Part shown: in pieces, positions 1 to 11,110 of the stretch
How positions within the stretch are numbered: the first letter of the stretch is position 1
How the letters are laid out: each line of letters opens with the position of its first letter
From: Candidatus Saccharimonadota bacterium
GTDB lineage: Bacteria > Patescibacteriota > Gracilibacteria > BD1-5 > UBA6164
Assembly: GCA_965229705.1 (NCBI GenBank)
Contig: OZ245922.1
Span: 780,001 to 812,000 of the forward strand
Reading direction: 5' to 3'
DNA length: 32,000 nt
Notes under the pieces: generated by a model
The model's input: the letters and a program-made list of their open reading frames with translations, nothing else
What the model was told of the DNA's origin: nothing
Database searches by the model: none
Program-made: the position numbers and the translations under genes

Positions 1-535
1 TGATTGCCCCTGGTTCAATAATCTTTACTTTTCCTCCAAACTCTGCAAGTTCATATGAGAGTGATTCTGATATTCCTTCTACAGCAAATTTTGTTCCATG
101 ATAGAGGGATACTAAAGGAAAGGTCATCTTTCCTCCTATCGAAGAAACATTCATAAGTATTCCTGACTTATTATCTCGAAAGTGTGGAAGAAAAGTCTTT
201 GTTACTTCTAAAAGTCCTATGACATTTACCTCAAACTGACGACGAATAGCATCCATAGAAAAAGCCTCAACAGGACCAGCAGTTCCATATCCTGCGTTAT
301 TGAGGAGCACATCTACGATTCCAAACCTTTCTATTGCTGACTGATATGCTGACTGAATACTTGCGGAGTCTTGTACATCAAGTCGCGTTACAAGAACATT
401 ATCAAGATCTGTAAGCTCTGTTTCTTTCTCTGGACTTCTCATGCTGGCAACAACATTCCACCCTTTTTCGTGAAATAATTTTGCTGTTGCTTTTCCGATA
501 CCACTACTTGATCCCGTAATAAAAATAGTTTTCAT
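1..535 (-). CDS. Short-chain dehydrogenase/reductase (SDR) family oxidoreductase, C-terminus cut by the window edge
   Basis: ATG at 535-533. The N-terminus MKTIFITGSSSGIGKATA carries the TGxxxGIG Rossmann motif, followed by LLNNAGYG and the catalytic S...YHGTK (YxxxK) motif. The frame stays open to position 1. Confidence 0.8.
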   Translation of the reverse strand, partial: MKTIFITGSSSGIGKATAKLFHEKGWNVVASMRSPEKETELTDLDNVLVTRLDVQDSASIQSAYQSAIERFGIVDVLLNNAGYGTAGPVEAFSMDAIRRQFEVNVIGLLEVTKTFLPHFRDNKSGILMNVSSIGGKMTFPLVSLYHGTKFAVEGISESLSYELAEFGGKVKIIEPGAI

Positions 536-615
536 AATAAAAAGAATAAAAAATAAAATATTCTACATAGCAGTATACAGATATATGAACAGAGCTAAAA
601 TAAATTGTAGCTATT

Positions 616-3600
616 TTACAAATGATTTTGTTCCCATTCTTGAAGAGCCTGTGTACTTTCAAGAACAAATTTTGTGTCTACTTCTCTCCCTCATAAGAGA
701 ATAAAAATATGTATTTCTCACTTTTCTTGTACTGAGAGAAAATCTTTGAGATCATGAATTTGATCAAGAGAGGTGCCTTGTGGTATTTCTACAATATATT
801 TTCATGATTCTTGAGAAATCATTTTTTCTACTTTTTCATATTTATTTTCTTCTATTTTGGCTTCGAGTTTTTTTTCAAAAACCTCTTCAGAGTCTCCCTC
901 TCATTTGGCAACTTCACTTTCACGCTCTTTCTCCTCAAAAGAGGAGGACGATAAAAACGCTAAGTCTCTTTTTGAGGTGTCAAAGAGATTCATATCTCGA
1001 GCCTGAGCTCTTAGCTGTGTAAGCGTTGCTGTTATGATTTTTCGGGCACGAATATTTTTTCTCCTATACTCAAAATTTATATCCAAACTTCACTCTACAA
1101 TCACTATTTTTCATACTGTTACTGTATCTTTATACTCGTCATAGTCTCTGTCAAAAATCGTAACTTCAAAATCATATGCATATGACTCACAATAAAGAAA
1201 CAACATATTTTTTCCTGTTTTTGTCACAACTTTTCTTATGTCCATAACGATTCCTACTGTTTGAAGTTGCTGTTTTTTCAAATCTTGCTCAAATTTTTCC
1301 TCATCTTTTTGATAAATCTTTTGAAGCTCTTCCAACCTCATTTGTAGATACTGAGTAGATCGAGATCTTCGAGAAATATATGTTCTTAATCCGTCAAGCG
1401 GGTGTCCAGATACCATATAACCAAGTACTTCTCTTTCTCAAAAAAGTCGCTCTTCATAGGTCATGTGCTGTCATTTTCTGAGAGAAAAACTCTCGTCAAA
1501 AACCTCTCATCAAAGACCTGAGTCAAATAGTCCCATTTGCATTGAGTCTTTCTTCTTTTCTTCATTTTTACTCATTCGAATCATATCATCGATATTTGCA
1601 AAGAGATCTGCTCTTTCGCCAAACTGATCCATTGCTCAGGCAAGTATCATCGCCTCAAGAGACTTTTTGAGCATCACTTCACGTCCTCATCGCTTCACAA
1701 AGTCATCAATATGCTCAAAAGGTTTTTCTTTTCGAGCTGCAAGTATCGCGTCAATAGGTCCATCTCAGAGTCATTTTATAGCTTTAAGTCCGAAACGGAT
1801 ATGACTATCATCAATATAGGTAAAATGTTTGAGAGACTCATTTACATCTGGTCTGAGTACCTCAATATTATGAGACTTCGCTTCTGCAACTTCAAGAATA
1901 ATACGGTCCATATTTTCCTCATCTGAGATCATCATAGAAGTGAGAAACTCTGTTCTATAATGCGCCTTAAGATACGCTGTCTGGTAGGCAATAAGAGCAT
2001 AACAAGCAGCATGTGATTTGTTAAATGAGTAGTTTGCTGCTGGCTGAATCATCTCTTCATAAATAAAGGTACTCGTTTCTGTCTTATAGTCTCGAAATAC
2101 GGCTGCCTTTTCAATAAATTCTTTTTTGAGAGCTGCCACGACTTTTGCCTTCTTTTTTCAGACTCATCGCCTAAGTATATCTGCTTCACCAAGTGAGAAA
2201 CCTGCCATATACTGTACAATAAACATCAATTGTTCTTGGTATACTGCTATCCCATAGGTTACATCCAGAATTTTTTTGAGATCTTCTTCGAGTTTTCTTT
2301 TCTCTTCTTGTATTTCTTCTTGGCTGTAGTTTTTTTTCTCTAAAATTTCTCTGAGTTCTGGGAGCATATACTCTATTGCTTCTCTTTCATGTTTTCTCTC
2401 AACATAGCTTGGTATATACGCTAGTGGTCATGGTCTATAAAGAGAAACCATTGCAATGAGATCCTCAAAGCTGTCAGGAGAAAGGTCTTTAAGATATTTT
2501 CTCATTCCATCAGACTCAAACTGAAATACTCCTGTCGTATCTCCTGCTGAAAAGACTTTATATACCTGTTTGTCATCGAGGGGAATATCTAAAATGTCTA
2601 CATTTTTCCCCTTGGAGAAAGAGATAATTTCCTGTGTTCTCTTAATAATAGTCAGATTTCTGAGTCACAAAAAGTCCATTTTTAATAAGCCTAAATCTTC
2701 AAGGGGATAGGCACTATACTGAGTTACAACTGACTGAGTATCTTTTGGAGGACGAGCAAGAGCGGTGAAGTGTGTCATGGGTTCTGGAGCGATGATTACG
2801 GCGCAGGCATGAACTCCAAGTTGACGAACATTTCCTTCTATCTTGAGAGCGTTGTCTATAATAATCTTATATTTTGGATTTGTTTCATAGGCTTCTCGAA
2901 ACTCTGGGGCTTCTTCTAGAGCACTTGAAAGTTTTGTTCCAGGTTTTTCTGGTATGAGTTTTCCAAGCTTGTTCATCTCTTGAAATGCAACTCCCATCAC
3001 GCGACCAACATCTTTCACTGCCGCACGAGCAGCAAAAGTCCCAAAAGTACATATCTGTGCCACACGGTCTTCGCCATATTTTTGTCGACAATACTCCACG
3101 ACTCTGTCTCTATCTGTATCTGAAAAGTCAGTGTCAATATCCGGCATTGAGACTCTTGCAGGATTGAGAAATCTTTCAAAAAGTAAATCATAAGGGAGAG
3201 GGTCTATATCGGTAATCCCTGTTAAAAATGCCATCAAGCTTCCTGCAGCTGATCAACGACCAGGACCAACCGGGATATGATTTTTTCTTGCCCATCAAAT
3301 ATAGTCTGCCACTATCAAAAAATATGCATTAAATCACATTTCATGTACTACCACGAGTTCATATTCTAGTCGTTCTATCTTGTCTTGTAAATCCTGAGGA
3401 TATGCCTGGATAATTTTTTTCTTCTCTTCTGAATAGTAGGTAAGTGATAGTTCTTTGAGTTCTTGAGGGTCAGTCTCCGTTAGAGCTTTTTTGAGTCTTG
3501 GGAAGTCAGTTTTTGAAACCAGTGTAAATATTGTTTCTTCTGAAAAATTTGTGTTATATCTCCAGTTGAGACCTTTATATGCAAGATAACGTAGATACCA

Positions 3601-4599
3601 TTCGTCTGAGTCTAAGCTTTGATATTGAAGTTTTGTTTCTTTCTCCATACATCCTTTATTAGCTGAAGATGAAGGAATTGTTGTTTTCTTGTCTTGTCAA
3701 AGAGAGACTGAGTGAGCTTGGGCTCTTTCAAAAATCTCTTGGTCTTTTTTCGGAAGAGTAAAAGTTGGTATGAGTACTCCTCACGTTTCTATCTCAATGT
3801 CTATCATGTCTGCTACTTTTTGAGTATTTTGAAGCGCTTCAGGAATATATCCGAAAAGTTCCGTCATTTCTTCACTTGTGAGAAAGGAGTAATCTCCATT
3901 TATTAGTGTAGGTCGGTCTGGATTTTCTATCTCATGTCCTGTTCATAAGGCCATGATAACATCTTGTGTTTGTGTGTCTTCTTTTTCGATATAGTACGAG
4001 TTTTGGCAGGCAATCAGTGGGACATTATACTTTTGTGCGATATCTATGAGTTTTTTTGTAATAAGTTCTTGTTTTGGTATATCTTGATGATATAAAATCT
4101 CAAGAAAATAGTTTTCTTTTCCAAATATTTCTTGATAGGTCTGTATTCTCTTGATAGTTTCTGATTCTGATTTTCATGAAAGAATATAGTAGGGGATTTC
4201 ACCACTAATGGGTCAGCTGAGACAGATAATATCCTGTGAAAATTTTTTCAGGTCCTCAAAGAGTATACGAGCAGTATTTCATGGATTATCGAGAGAGGCC
4301 TTTGAACAGAGAGATAGGAGATTCCTATATCCATCTATATTTTTGGCGAGCAATACCAGCTTGTGTAAGAGTTTTTCGTCAAATTCTGATTGTGTATATA
4401 TCTCTACTCAGAGTAGAGGCTTGATTCATTCTCATTTGCAGGCTTTATAAAACTCATGACAACCATGGAGATTTGCTGTATCAGTGATGGCAACAGCGTT
4501 CATTCAAAGTTCCTTTGCTTTTTTAGCGTAGTCTGCTGGCTTTGGAAGTCCCTCCAGGATGGAGTAGTGGGTATGTGTATGGAGGTGAACAAATGACAT
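616..4599 (-). CDS. dnaE: DNA polymerase III alpha subunit (DnaE), 1327 aa with many in-frame TGA (Gly) codons
   Basis: ATG 4599-4597 gives MSFVHLHTHTHYSILEGL (PHP domain). Track fragments 3334-3648, 2665-3237, 2164-2367, 1771-2139, 1111-1416 and 901-1086 all lie in one frame. The span is 3984 nt (divisible by 3) and ends at TAA 618-616. The fragments contain typical Pol III alpha motifs (FLNPARVSMPDIDTDF, GVHACAVIIAP). Confidence 0.93.
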
Positions 4600-4696
4600 A
4601 GAAGTGAATTCTCAAATATTTGTTAGAGTGTAATTGTTTTTGAAAAAAACTATAGTGAAACTATACTCTTTCTGTTTAAAATCTGTTAATTTATAT

Positions 4697-5386
4697 ATGC
4701 TCAAAATCCAAATAGAGTCTTCATGGGAAAACCTTCTCAAAGAAGAGTTTGAAAAGGAGTATTTCTGAAATATAAAAGCATTTCTCAAACGTGAGATATC
4801 AGCAGGAAAAACTATCTATCCTCATCCAAAAAATATTTTTGCTGCATTTAACGCTACTCCTGTGAAAAATCTCAAAGTTGTTATCCTTGGTCAAGACCCC
4901 TACCATGGTCTAGGACAAGCTCATGGACTAAGCTTTTCTGTGCAAGATTGAGTCAAACTCCCACCAAGCCTAAAAAATATCTTCAAAGAGATTGAAGATG
5001 AAGGACTCCCCTCTCCTCTAAGGAGAGGGGTTGAGGGTGAGGTATCAGGAAATCTCATCCATTGGTCACAGCAGTGAGTCCTCATGCTCAACAGTATACT
5101 CACCGTTGAGTGATGAAAGCCTGCGAGTCATGCAAAAATAGGTTGGGAAAACTTTACCAATGCTGTGATACAAAAGATATCTGAAAACTGTGAGGGGATT
5201 ATCTTTCTCTTATGGGGAAATTTCGCAAGATGAAAAAAAGTTCTTATTAACACGCGTACTCACTATATTCTCGAATCTCCACATCCATCTCCTTTTTCAG
5301 CTCATAGTGGATTTTTTTGAAACGGTCATTTCAAAAAGGTAAACGAGATTTTACAAAAGCAGTCAAAGCAGACAATAACGTGGTAG
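4697..5386 (+). CDS. ung: Uracil-DNA glycosylase, family 1
   Basis: The ATG 4697 to TAG 5384-5386 span is 690 nt. Motifs GQDPYHG, QQGVLMLN and [16 protein letters not shown] are present. Six in-frame TGA codons read as Gly, for example GFF-G-NGHF. Confidence 0.9.
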
Positions 5387-5398
5387 TATTTTCATATA

Positions 5399-7429
5399 TT
5401 ACTTCTCCTCCATCGTCCAGACTCCATCCCAATCTTTTGGAGGTGGAGTCTGCATATATGCCCCACAGCGATTCTTATACACCTGAGAGACAGTATCTGT
5501 AACATACTTTCAAAAGTATCATCTCGCCTCTTCAAAATCCCTCTTTTGGTATGCATCAAGCCCAGAGAAATAATCCTCATACTTTCGCATATCAACATCC
5601 TCTTTCTTTCCGAGAAACTCGTATATCTGTACTGGTGTATCCTTTCATTTTACCCGAATAGTATCAATAAAACGAAATGCAAAATCATCCTTCGTTTTTT
5701 CATATACCGTATGACTCACACAAATATAAGTACCATAATATTTGTTCACTCACTCCAGACGAGAAGCCAAATTCACTGTGTCTCACAGAGCGGTAAAATC
5801 CATTTTTTTTCACACAGCCCCTATGTTTCCAATAATCGCATCTCCACTATGAAGTCCCACTCGAAACCGGATATTTCATCCAAGTTTCCTCCCCCAACGA
5901 GTATGAATATCTTGCAGTATTTTTCTTTGTTCCAAAATACTGAGAAGTACCTGAGAAAAATGTCTATGTTGCAGTTCTTCAAATGCCCCCCATATAGCCA
6001 TAATAGCATCCCCCTCATATTTATCTATGTGTCATCATCGAGACATAATACTCTCCGTCATGCAGGAGAGATAATCTCGAAGAAATGCTACAAGCACTTC
6101 TGGAGAAAGTCTCTCACTCATACTCGTAAATCCCTCAAGATCTGAAAAATAACATAAAAGATTTCGTCTTTCCCCATCCAGCTTTACATGTCCTTTTTCT
6201 GCAATAATCTCATCAGCAATAGACGAACTCACATACTGACTCAGAGCGGTATTGAGTTTGTTTTTATGAAGTGACTCTATAGCATACTTCAGACCCTGCG
6301 CAAGAGCAAAGCTCAGGATAAGAGTAAAGAAAAGTTCGATGGTATACTGCCAGAGCTCTCAGAGTAATAATACGGAAAGAAGAGGAAGAATTATCATTCC
6401 AAAACTCAGCATTAGTGCATGCGACACAATAATCACTCTATAGGAAAAACTCAAATGTATCAAAATACTCAAAAATACGAGAATCACGATAAATGATCAC
6501 TCCAAAATTTTTGGAAAGTATCTGAGAATATTCTCTGAAAGTAAAGTCGAAAGAATATTAGCATGGACATATACCCCGTACTCTTTACCAAAAGGCGTAA
6601 AAAACTCGTCTTTCAGACCATTTGCTGCAGGTCAAATAAGGATAATACTATTTTGAAAACCTATTGTATCTGAGAGCTCTTTGAGTTTTTGTGTATTGAG
6701 CAGATCAGAAAACGATATACGAGTATAACTCTTTGATGGAGCGTAGGATATCAAGATATTTTTATCTCCGGGTCTCTTGAGACTAAATCGTCTTTCAGGA
6801 GAAAATACATACTCATCTTGATGATATTCTCAAAGTTCCTGGGAAGAGTCTTCAAGATACATGTAGGAGAAAAAACTTCTCAGTATTGCCAGAGTAAAGT
6901 GCTCATATACCTCTTTATCTTGAAACTGTGGAGAAAAGCTATAGACAGTATTGGTACTTCGTTCAACACTAGGTGTGAGATACCCGTTTGGCAGAGTAGA
7001 AAAATATGCATACGGTTCTAATATATCTCCATCCTGATTTCTCGCTGATCCAAGAACAACTCTGCCTGGATACTTCTTGAGACTCTGAAGAAATAGAACA
7101 TCTTGATCTTTTTGTGATGGATCAAGAAATAAGATATCAAATGCCACTACTGCCGGATCATAGAAAAAAATATTTTCCAGAGCCTCTCCATACAAACTTC
7201 GAGGAAAAGGAAAAGTTCAAATATCATCAAAACTTTTTTCATCTATTTCGACTACTATGACCTGCTGGCTTTGTTGAAACATTCCAAGACTATAGCGAAG
7301 TTTTACAATGTTTTCATAGATTCAAAAGTTCAGGGAAGCAAAGAGGGGACTCATCAGAAAGACTATCGCAAATATAAAGAGGCTGATAATACAGCTCAAT
7401 CATATATGATAGGCTAGAAAGTGTTTCAT
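5399..7429 (-). CDS. CHASE2 sensor domain-containing class III adenylate/guanylate cyclase (676 aa)
   Basis: ATG 7429-7427 is followed by an N-terminal TM segment (MKHFLAYHIGLSCIISLFIFAIVFL). The CHASE2 region reads VIVVEIDEKSFDDIGTFPFPRS...VVAFDILFLDPS and is followed by hydrophobic helices. The cyclase core reads CYFSDLEGFTSMSERL...GGHIDKYEGDAIMAIWGA...GLHSGDAIIGNIG...FTALGDTVNLASRLEG. The frame was checked codon by codon for 5399-7456 and has no TAA/TAG. Stop is TAA 5401-5399. Confidence 0.87.
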
Positions 7430-8718
7430 TACTCAAGGAGATTTCAAAGAGAGTTATCAAGAGATTTTTGTATAAAATCATCAGCTTTTTGAAATGTATT
7501 CTCGACTCACTCACGCACATTATCCATATCTTTTGGAATATCAAGGTTGAATGTATCCATATCTCAAAACAATGATTCTAAATTTGTTTTTTGACTTGAG
7601 AGAAAATCTCATGAAAAAGAAGAGAGTTTTTCTGTCAGAAACTGCGTATCAAAATCTTCTAAAAGTCATGCATGGGTCTGAAAAAATGCAAAGCTCATCT
7701 CAAGGTCTCATCACTGCTGTCCTTTTTCGAGGATTTCTGTAAGATCATAGAGGGTGTTTTGTAGAAGATTTTGCTTTTCCTCTTCATCATCACTCAGTAG
7801 CATAAGAAATGTTTTATACTGCATTTTTTGAGAATAATTTTCTGTTCATGGAGCAACAAAATTGAGGTTTTGGTATTTTTGAATCATGGTGGTATAGAGC
7901 TCTGCTCTTTTGTTTGGCGAGAGTTGTGAAATATATGTTTCTATATCAGCAAAATCCTGGCTTTTCTCGAGTTTATCAAGTATCTTGTGAGACGAAGACA
8001 TATATTTGATAAAAGGGTTATTTGTATCAAGAGTCAGAGTATCTTGCAACCTTTCTTGAAGTTTTTTTAGATTTTCTTGATCAGCAAGAATATTGAGATC
8101 CGTCCAGACACTATCCTGAAATTTTTCAAGATACATAGCATAATCAATGAAATGTAAAGCTTTTACAGAAAAAGCTTTGCCTTCAGGTATCAAATAGCGT
8201 TCACCATTTTGTCATAATACTTCTACCATATGCTCTGTTACATGGAGAAGATTATTATCTACATCTACATCAAATGTTGTTCCTCGAACTCACGCTTCTA
8301 TATCGTCAAAGCTTTGGATAAAGTATGAGTCTTTCCCAATGTAGGAAGTAACTTGTGACCAAGACTTTCCTGCATCAAGTTGAAATGATATCTTGAGTGT
8401 TTCTCGACCAGGTGCAATAAAGTTTTCACGAACCCGCAAGAGAGAATTTCCAGAGAGGCGTGTCACGCTCCCATCTCACCATTCCAATACTCCAATACTC
8501 GACTCTCCTATCGTCCTAATAACATCATTTTCTACGATAATATGTTTTTTTCATGGGCTAATTCTCAGTTCATTTATTTTTGCATTTCCTTGTATCAGAT
8601 GAAAATAGGAATGGATATCTTGTTTCCGAGATGTATATCACCAAGTGAAATATCCTATAAAAATTATAGCAATGAGAAAGAATGCCCCAAAAAATGTATA
8701 TTTTTTTTGTTTTTCCAT
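7429..8718 (-). CDS. FecR-domain membrane protein (429 aa), translationally coupled to the downstream cyclase
   Basis: ATG 8718-8716 is followed by a TM segment (FFGAFFLIAIIFIGYF). The FecR-like beta region reads GDGSVTRLSGNSLLRVRE...AGVRGTTFDVDV. The frame was checked for 7429-8718. Stop TAA 7431-7429 shares one nucleotide with the cyclase ATG (TAATG). Confidence 0.72.
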
Positions 8719-8780
8719 AATGAGTTGTAAAGTAAGTCTCCGCTCTTATACTATAGGAAAGATATAAAATTACAATAGTG

Positions 8781-9203
8781 ATGAAGCAATTCACGAGATA
8801 TATTTTCTTATTCCTGATTTTCTTGCTGATATACATGATTTTTCTTGTTATCCGCTATACGCTTGATGAGTATCGGGTCGAGAAATATATACAAGATATC
8901 AAGCAAACCAATCTTGTGCTGCAAGAGCGTATTCGAAGAGCGCATATTCATATAGATATTATTACGAGTGAAAGTTACAAAAATAAAATACTTAAGTCAG
9001 AGCTGTGATGGAAGAATACAGGAGAAGAGGTAGTGATCCTCATAGGAGAAGATACCTATAATAAGTATAGTGATGAATATCATACTTCTCAGAGGAGAGA
9101 CGATCCCCTTCTCTATGCCGTACGGGAAGAACAGAGACTCATATCTACCATGACCATATACCAAAAATGGATATATTTTATATTTCAGAAAGATATACGG
9201 TAA
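8781..9203 (+). CDS. Septum formation initiator (FtsB/DivIC/FtsL-like) protein
   Basis: The N-terminal TM segment (YIFLFLIFLLIYMIFLVI) is followed by a coiled-coil-like stretch and YKNKILKSELG-G-KNTGEEVVIL, which is typical of this family. There is one double in-frame TGA, and the stop is TAA 9201-9203. A GTG at 8778 is an alternative start. Confidence 0.55.
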
Positions 9204-9220
9204 AAAATCAATAAAAAATC

Positions 9221-9247
9221 TTGACAATATATTTTAAGTTATATAAT
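9221..9247 (+). promoter_or_regulatory. Putative sigma70-type promoter for the 9284 gene
   Basis: TTGACA at 9221-9226 and TATAAT at 9242-9247. The 15-nt spacer is short; shifted -10 readings give 16-17 nt. A GAAAGG Shine-Dalgarno sits at 9271-9276, upstream of ATG 9284. Confidence 0.35.
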
Positions 9248-9283
9248 TATTTTGCGTTAACTATTATTGAGAAAGGTTATGTT

Positions 9284-9610
9284 ATGCGCTATATACTCTT
9301 AGCAGTATTTGCTGCTACCGCTACTTTAATTACCTCTGCTTATGCAGATGTCATTGGAGAAAACGTGTTTAGCTGCGACAGAGTCGTTATCGAAACTTTA
9401 GATGGAGAATCATCTACAGTTTACGAGGAATCATTTTTGATTTTTCAAGAAGTTGAGGAATCATTTTTGATTTTTCAAAAAGAAATATTTGTGAGTAATC
9501 GTTTTGGGCTAGCTGTTAACGGCATTGCTCACGCAAATCATTTCCAAAAAATGGAAATGGAATTTGAATCAGATGAAATCGTCTGTACCTTGATCGAGGT
9601 CGATAATTAG
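9284..9610 (+). CDS. Small secreted protein of unknown function (108 aa) with an internal 10-aa tandem duplication
   Basis: The signal-peptide-like N-terminus is MRYILLAVFAATATLITSAYA/DV. An SD lies upstream, the stop is TAG 9608-9610, and a strong terminator follows. Confidence 0.6.
   Translation: MRYILLAVFAATATLITSAYADVIGENVFSCDRVVIETLDGESSTVYEESFLIFQEVEESFLIFQKEIFVSNRFGLAVNGIAHANHFQKMEMEFESDEIVCTLIEVDN
9425..9484 (+). repeat. Tandem direct repeat, 2 x 30 bp, in frame (EESFLIFQEV / EESFLIFQKE)
   Basis: gaggaatcatttttgatttttcaa occurs at 9425-9448 and again at 9455-9478 (24/24 identical). The 6-nt tails differ (gaagtt / aaagaa). Confidence 0.9.
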
Positions 9611-9631
9611 CGGCGACGAAAACATAATTGT

Positions 9632-9660
9632 GGGTGGGCATTTGCCCACCCCTTTTTTTG
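9632..9660 (+). terminator. Rho-independent terminator
   Basis: GC-rich stem gggtgggca / tgcccaccc (9632-9640 / 9643-9651) followed by a T-run at 9653-9659. Confidence 0.7.
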
Positions 9661-9674
9661 CGATCAAATAAGCA

Positions 9675-9700
9675 TAAAAAAAAGAGGAATATTCCTCTTT
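9675..9700 (-). terminator. Rho-independent terminator for the minus-strand gene 9712-10089
   Basis: Perfect palindrome agaggaat/attcctct at 9683-9698. On the minus strand it is followed by a U-run (the A-run 9675-9682 on the plus strand). Confidence 0.55.
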
Positions 9701-9711
9701 TTGAAACTTGT

Positions 9712-10089
9712 TTACAAGTCTGAAAAATCTGCAGGAAAACTATCTAGCGTATCGGTATTGTAATCTGTATCAAAGTCATAACTCGGACTCACAAATATCC
9801 TATCTCCTATCTCCTCAATTTTTTCAAAAATCCTCTGAGGTTTGGCATAACGCTCAACATCAAGACCTAAGAGTCTCCCAAGAACCGGAAAAAGAAAAAT
9901 TGTCAGTACCGTAACTATCATACCAATCACTGCAAAACGAATCGTGTTAATCGCTGGCTTGATCTTATCATCTTTTCCTCATGAAAGTATCAGGAGTAAA
10001 CCTCCCCAAAGAATAAATAAGATAGACAAAATACCTGCCGCAAGAACAAAGAGAGAAATAGCCAGTAAGATGAACTCTCCTAAGTCCAT
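9712..10089 (-). CDS. Small 2-TM membrane protein, resembles CPR TrbC/VirB2-type (T4SS pilin-like) proteins
   Basis: ATG 10089-10087 is preceded by GAGG five nt upstream. The two hydrophobic helices are FILLAISLFVLAAGILSILFILWGGLLLIL and FAVIGMIVTVLTIFLFPVLG, separated by SGGKDDKIKPAINTI, and followed by an acidic tail. Stop is TAA 9714-9712. An ATG at 10140 is an alternative start. Confidence 0.55.
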
Positions 10090-10159
10090 CTTTGCCTCAA
10101 ATATAGAGTTAGAGGCAGCAAAAGCGGTTGCATATATCATAGCATATGTATTACAAAAA

Positions 10160-10405
10160 CTAAGCTGGTATTTCTATAACTCTGAGAGTGATTTTCTTCC
10201 CCATTTTCATCCCCTGAAGTCGCAAAATGGACCTCAGAGCGTTTACTGTAGCTCCCTTTTTTCCTATAACAATCCCCATATCACTTTGCGCAACCTGGAG
10301 CGTCAATAGTGTTCACATCTCATCATCTTGTTTTTCGATCACTACTTCTTCTGGTTTATCTACAATACTCTCAACAATAAATTTTAAAAATGCTATCTCT
10401 TGCAT
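10160..10405 (-). CDS. KH domain RNA-binding protein (UPF0109/YlqC family)
   Basis: MQEIAFLKFIVESIVDKPEEVVIEKQDDEM-G-TLLTLQVAQSDMGIVIGKKGATVNALRSILR carries the GxxG KH signature. The position just downstream of rpsP is the canonical one. Confidence 0.8.
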
Positions 10406-10461
10406 AAACAAAACTCTTATAAAAATAAAATACTACTTGAACTAAAGTAGTACTCCATAAA

Positions 10462-10701
10462 CTAAAATGATATATTGTTTGTTTCCATCAGTTTCTGTAC
10501 TCGGGGAGAAAACTGTACTCCATGAGAAACATATTTTTTCACTTTTTCTACATCTTTTACCTTAAACTCTTTTGTGAATGGATTAAAGTATCCGAGAACT
10601 TCTTTGTAGCCGTGTTTTGCAGCTCTTGTATGTTCTGTAAGAACGAGTCGGTAAAAGGGAGTATTCTTTTTTCCAGATCGTGAAAGTCGTATTTTTAACA
10701 T
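10462..10701 (-). CDS. rpsP: 30S ribosomal protein S16
   Basis: MLKIRLSRSGKKNTPFYRLVLTEHTRAAKHGYKEVLGYFNP is an intact ORF even under the standard code. Confidence 0.93.
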   Translation of the reverse strand: MLKIRLSRSGKKNTPFYRLVLTEHTRAAKHGYKEVLGYFNPFTKEFKVKDVEKVKKYVSHGVQFSPRVQKLMETNNISF

Positions 10702-10771
10702 AAGTAATATATAAATAATAATCTTTTTTATTGTTTGTTGTTCAAATATTTCAAGTTTTCAGAGAGGAGAA

Positions 10772-10856
10772 TGGTGCCCAGACCGGGAATCGAACCCGGA
10801 CTCCCGAAGGAACAAGATTTTAAGTCTTGCGTGTCTACCAATTCCACCATCTGGGC
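10772..10856 (-). tRNA. tRNA-Leu (anticodon TAA), CCA encoded
   Basis: The reverse complement begins gcccagatggtggaattggtagacacgcaagacTTAAaatcttg. It folds with acceptor GCCCAGA/TCTGGGC, anticodon loop CT-TAA-AA, a long variable arm, T-arm CCGGGTTCGATTCCCGG, and a terminal ACCA. Confidence 0.9.
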
Positions 10857-10880
10857 TCACGAGAATCTCAAAAAATGCTC

Positions 10881-11078
10881 TTATATCACTCCTTTTTTCT
10901 TCAATGTCTTCAATCCCTTTGCACTTACTCGTATTCTATATACTAGCCCCGTAAGAGGATCAGTAATATTTTTATAAAAGAGATTTGGATAAAACTTTCT
11001 CTTCGTAGCCCTCATAGAATGACTTCTATTGTTTCCTGTTGAAGTTCTTTTTCAGGTAACATCACATATTCTTGACAT
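10881..11078 (-). CDS. rpmB: 50S ribosomal protein L28
   Basis: [33 protein letters not shown]...RVSAKGLKTLKKKG. The TGA sits at the conserved Gly of the VTGK motif. The span is 198 nt and ends at TAA 10883-10881. Confidence 0.88.
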
Positions 11079-11110
11079 GCTTGCCTAACTTAAAGTGTAA
11101 AATGTATTTG

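Noticed and set aside
616-4599. dnaE (and likewise tuf, pyrC, pyrD and others) appears shattered into many short ORFs. This suggests pseudogenes or a degraded genome.
   Set aside because: All fragments of each gene share one frame and the only interruptions are TGA. Those TGAs align with conserved glycines, and the reconstructed genes end in TAA/TAG with lengths divisible by 3. This is stop-codon reassignment, not decay.
5546-6145. 199-aa plus-strand ORF.
   Set aside because: It is antisense to the cyclase catalytic domain, whose minus-strand reading has unmistakable class III cyclase motifs.
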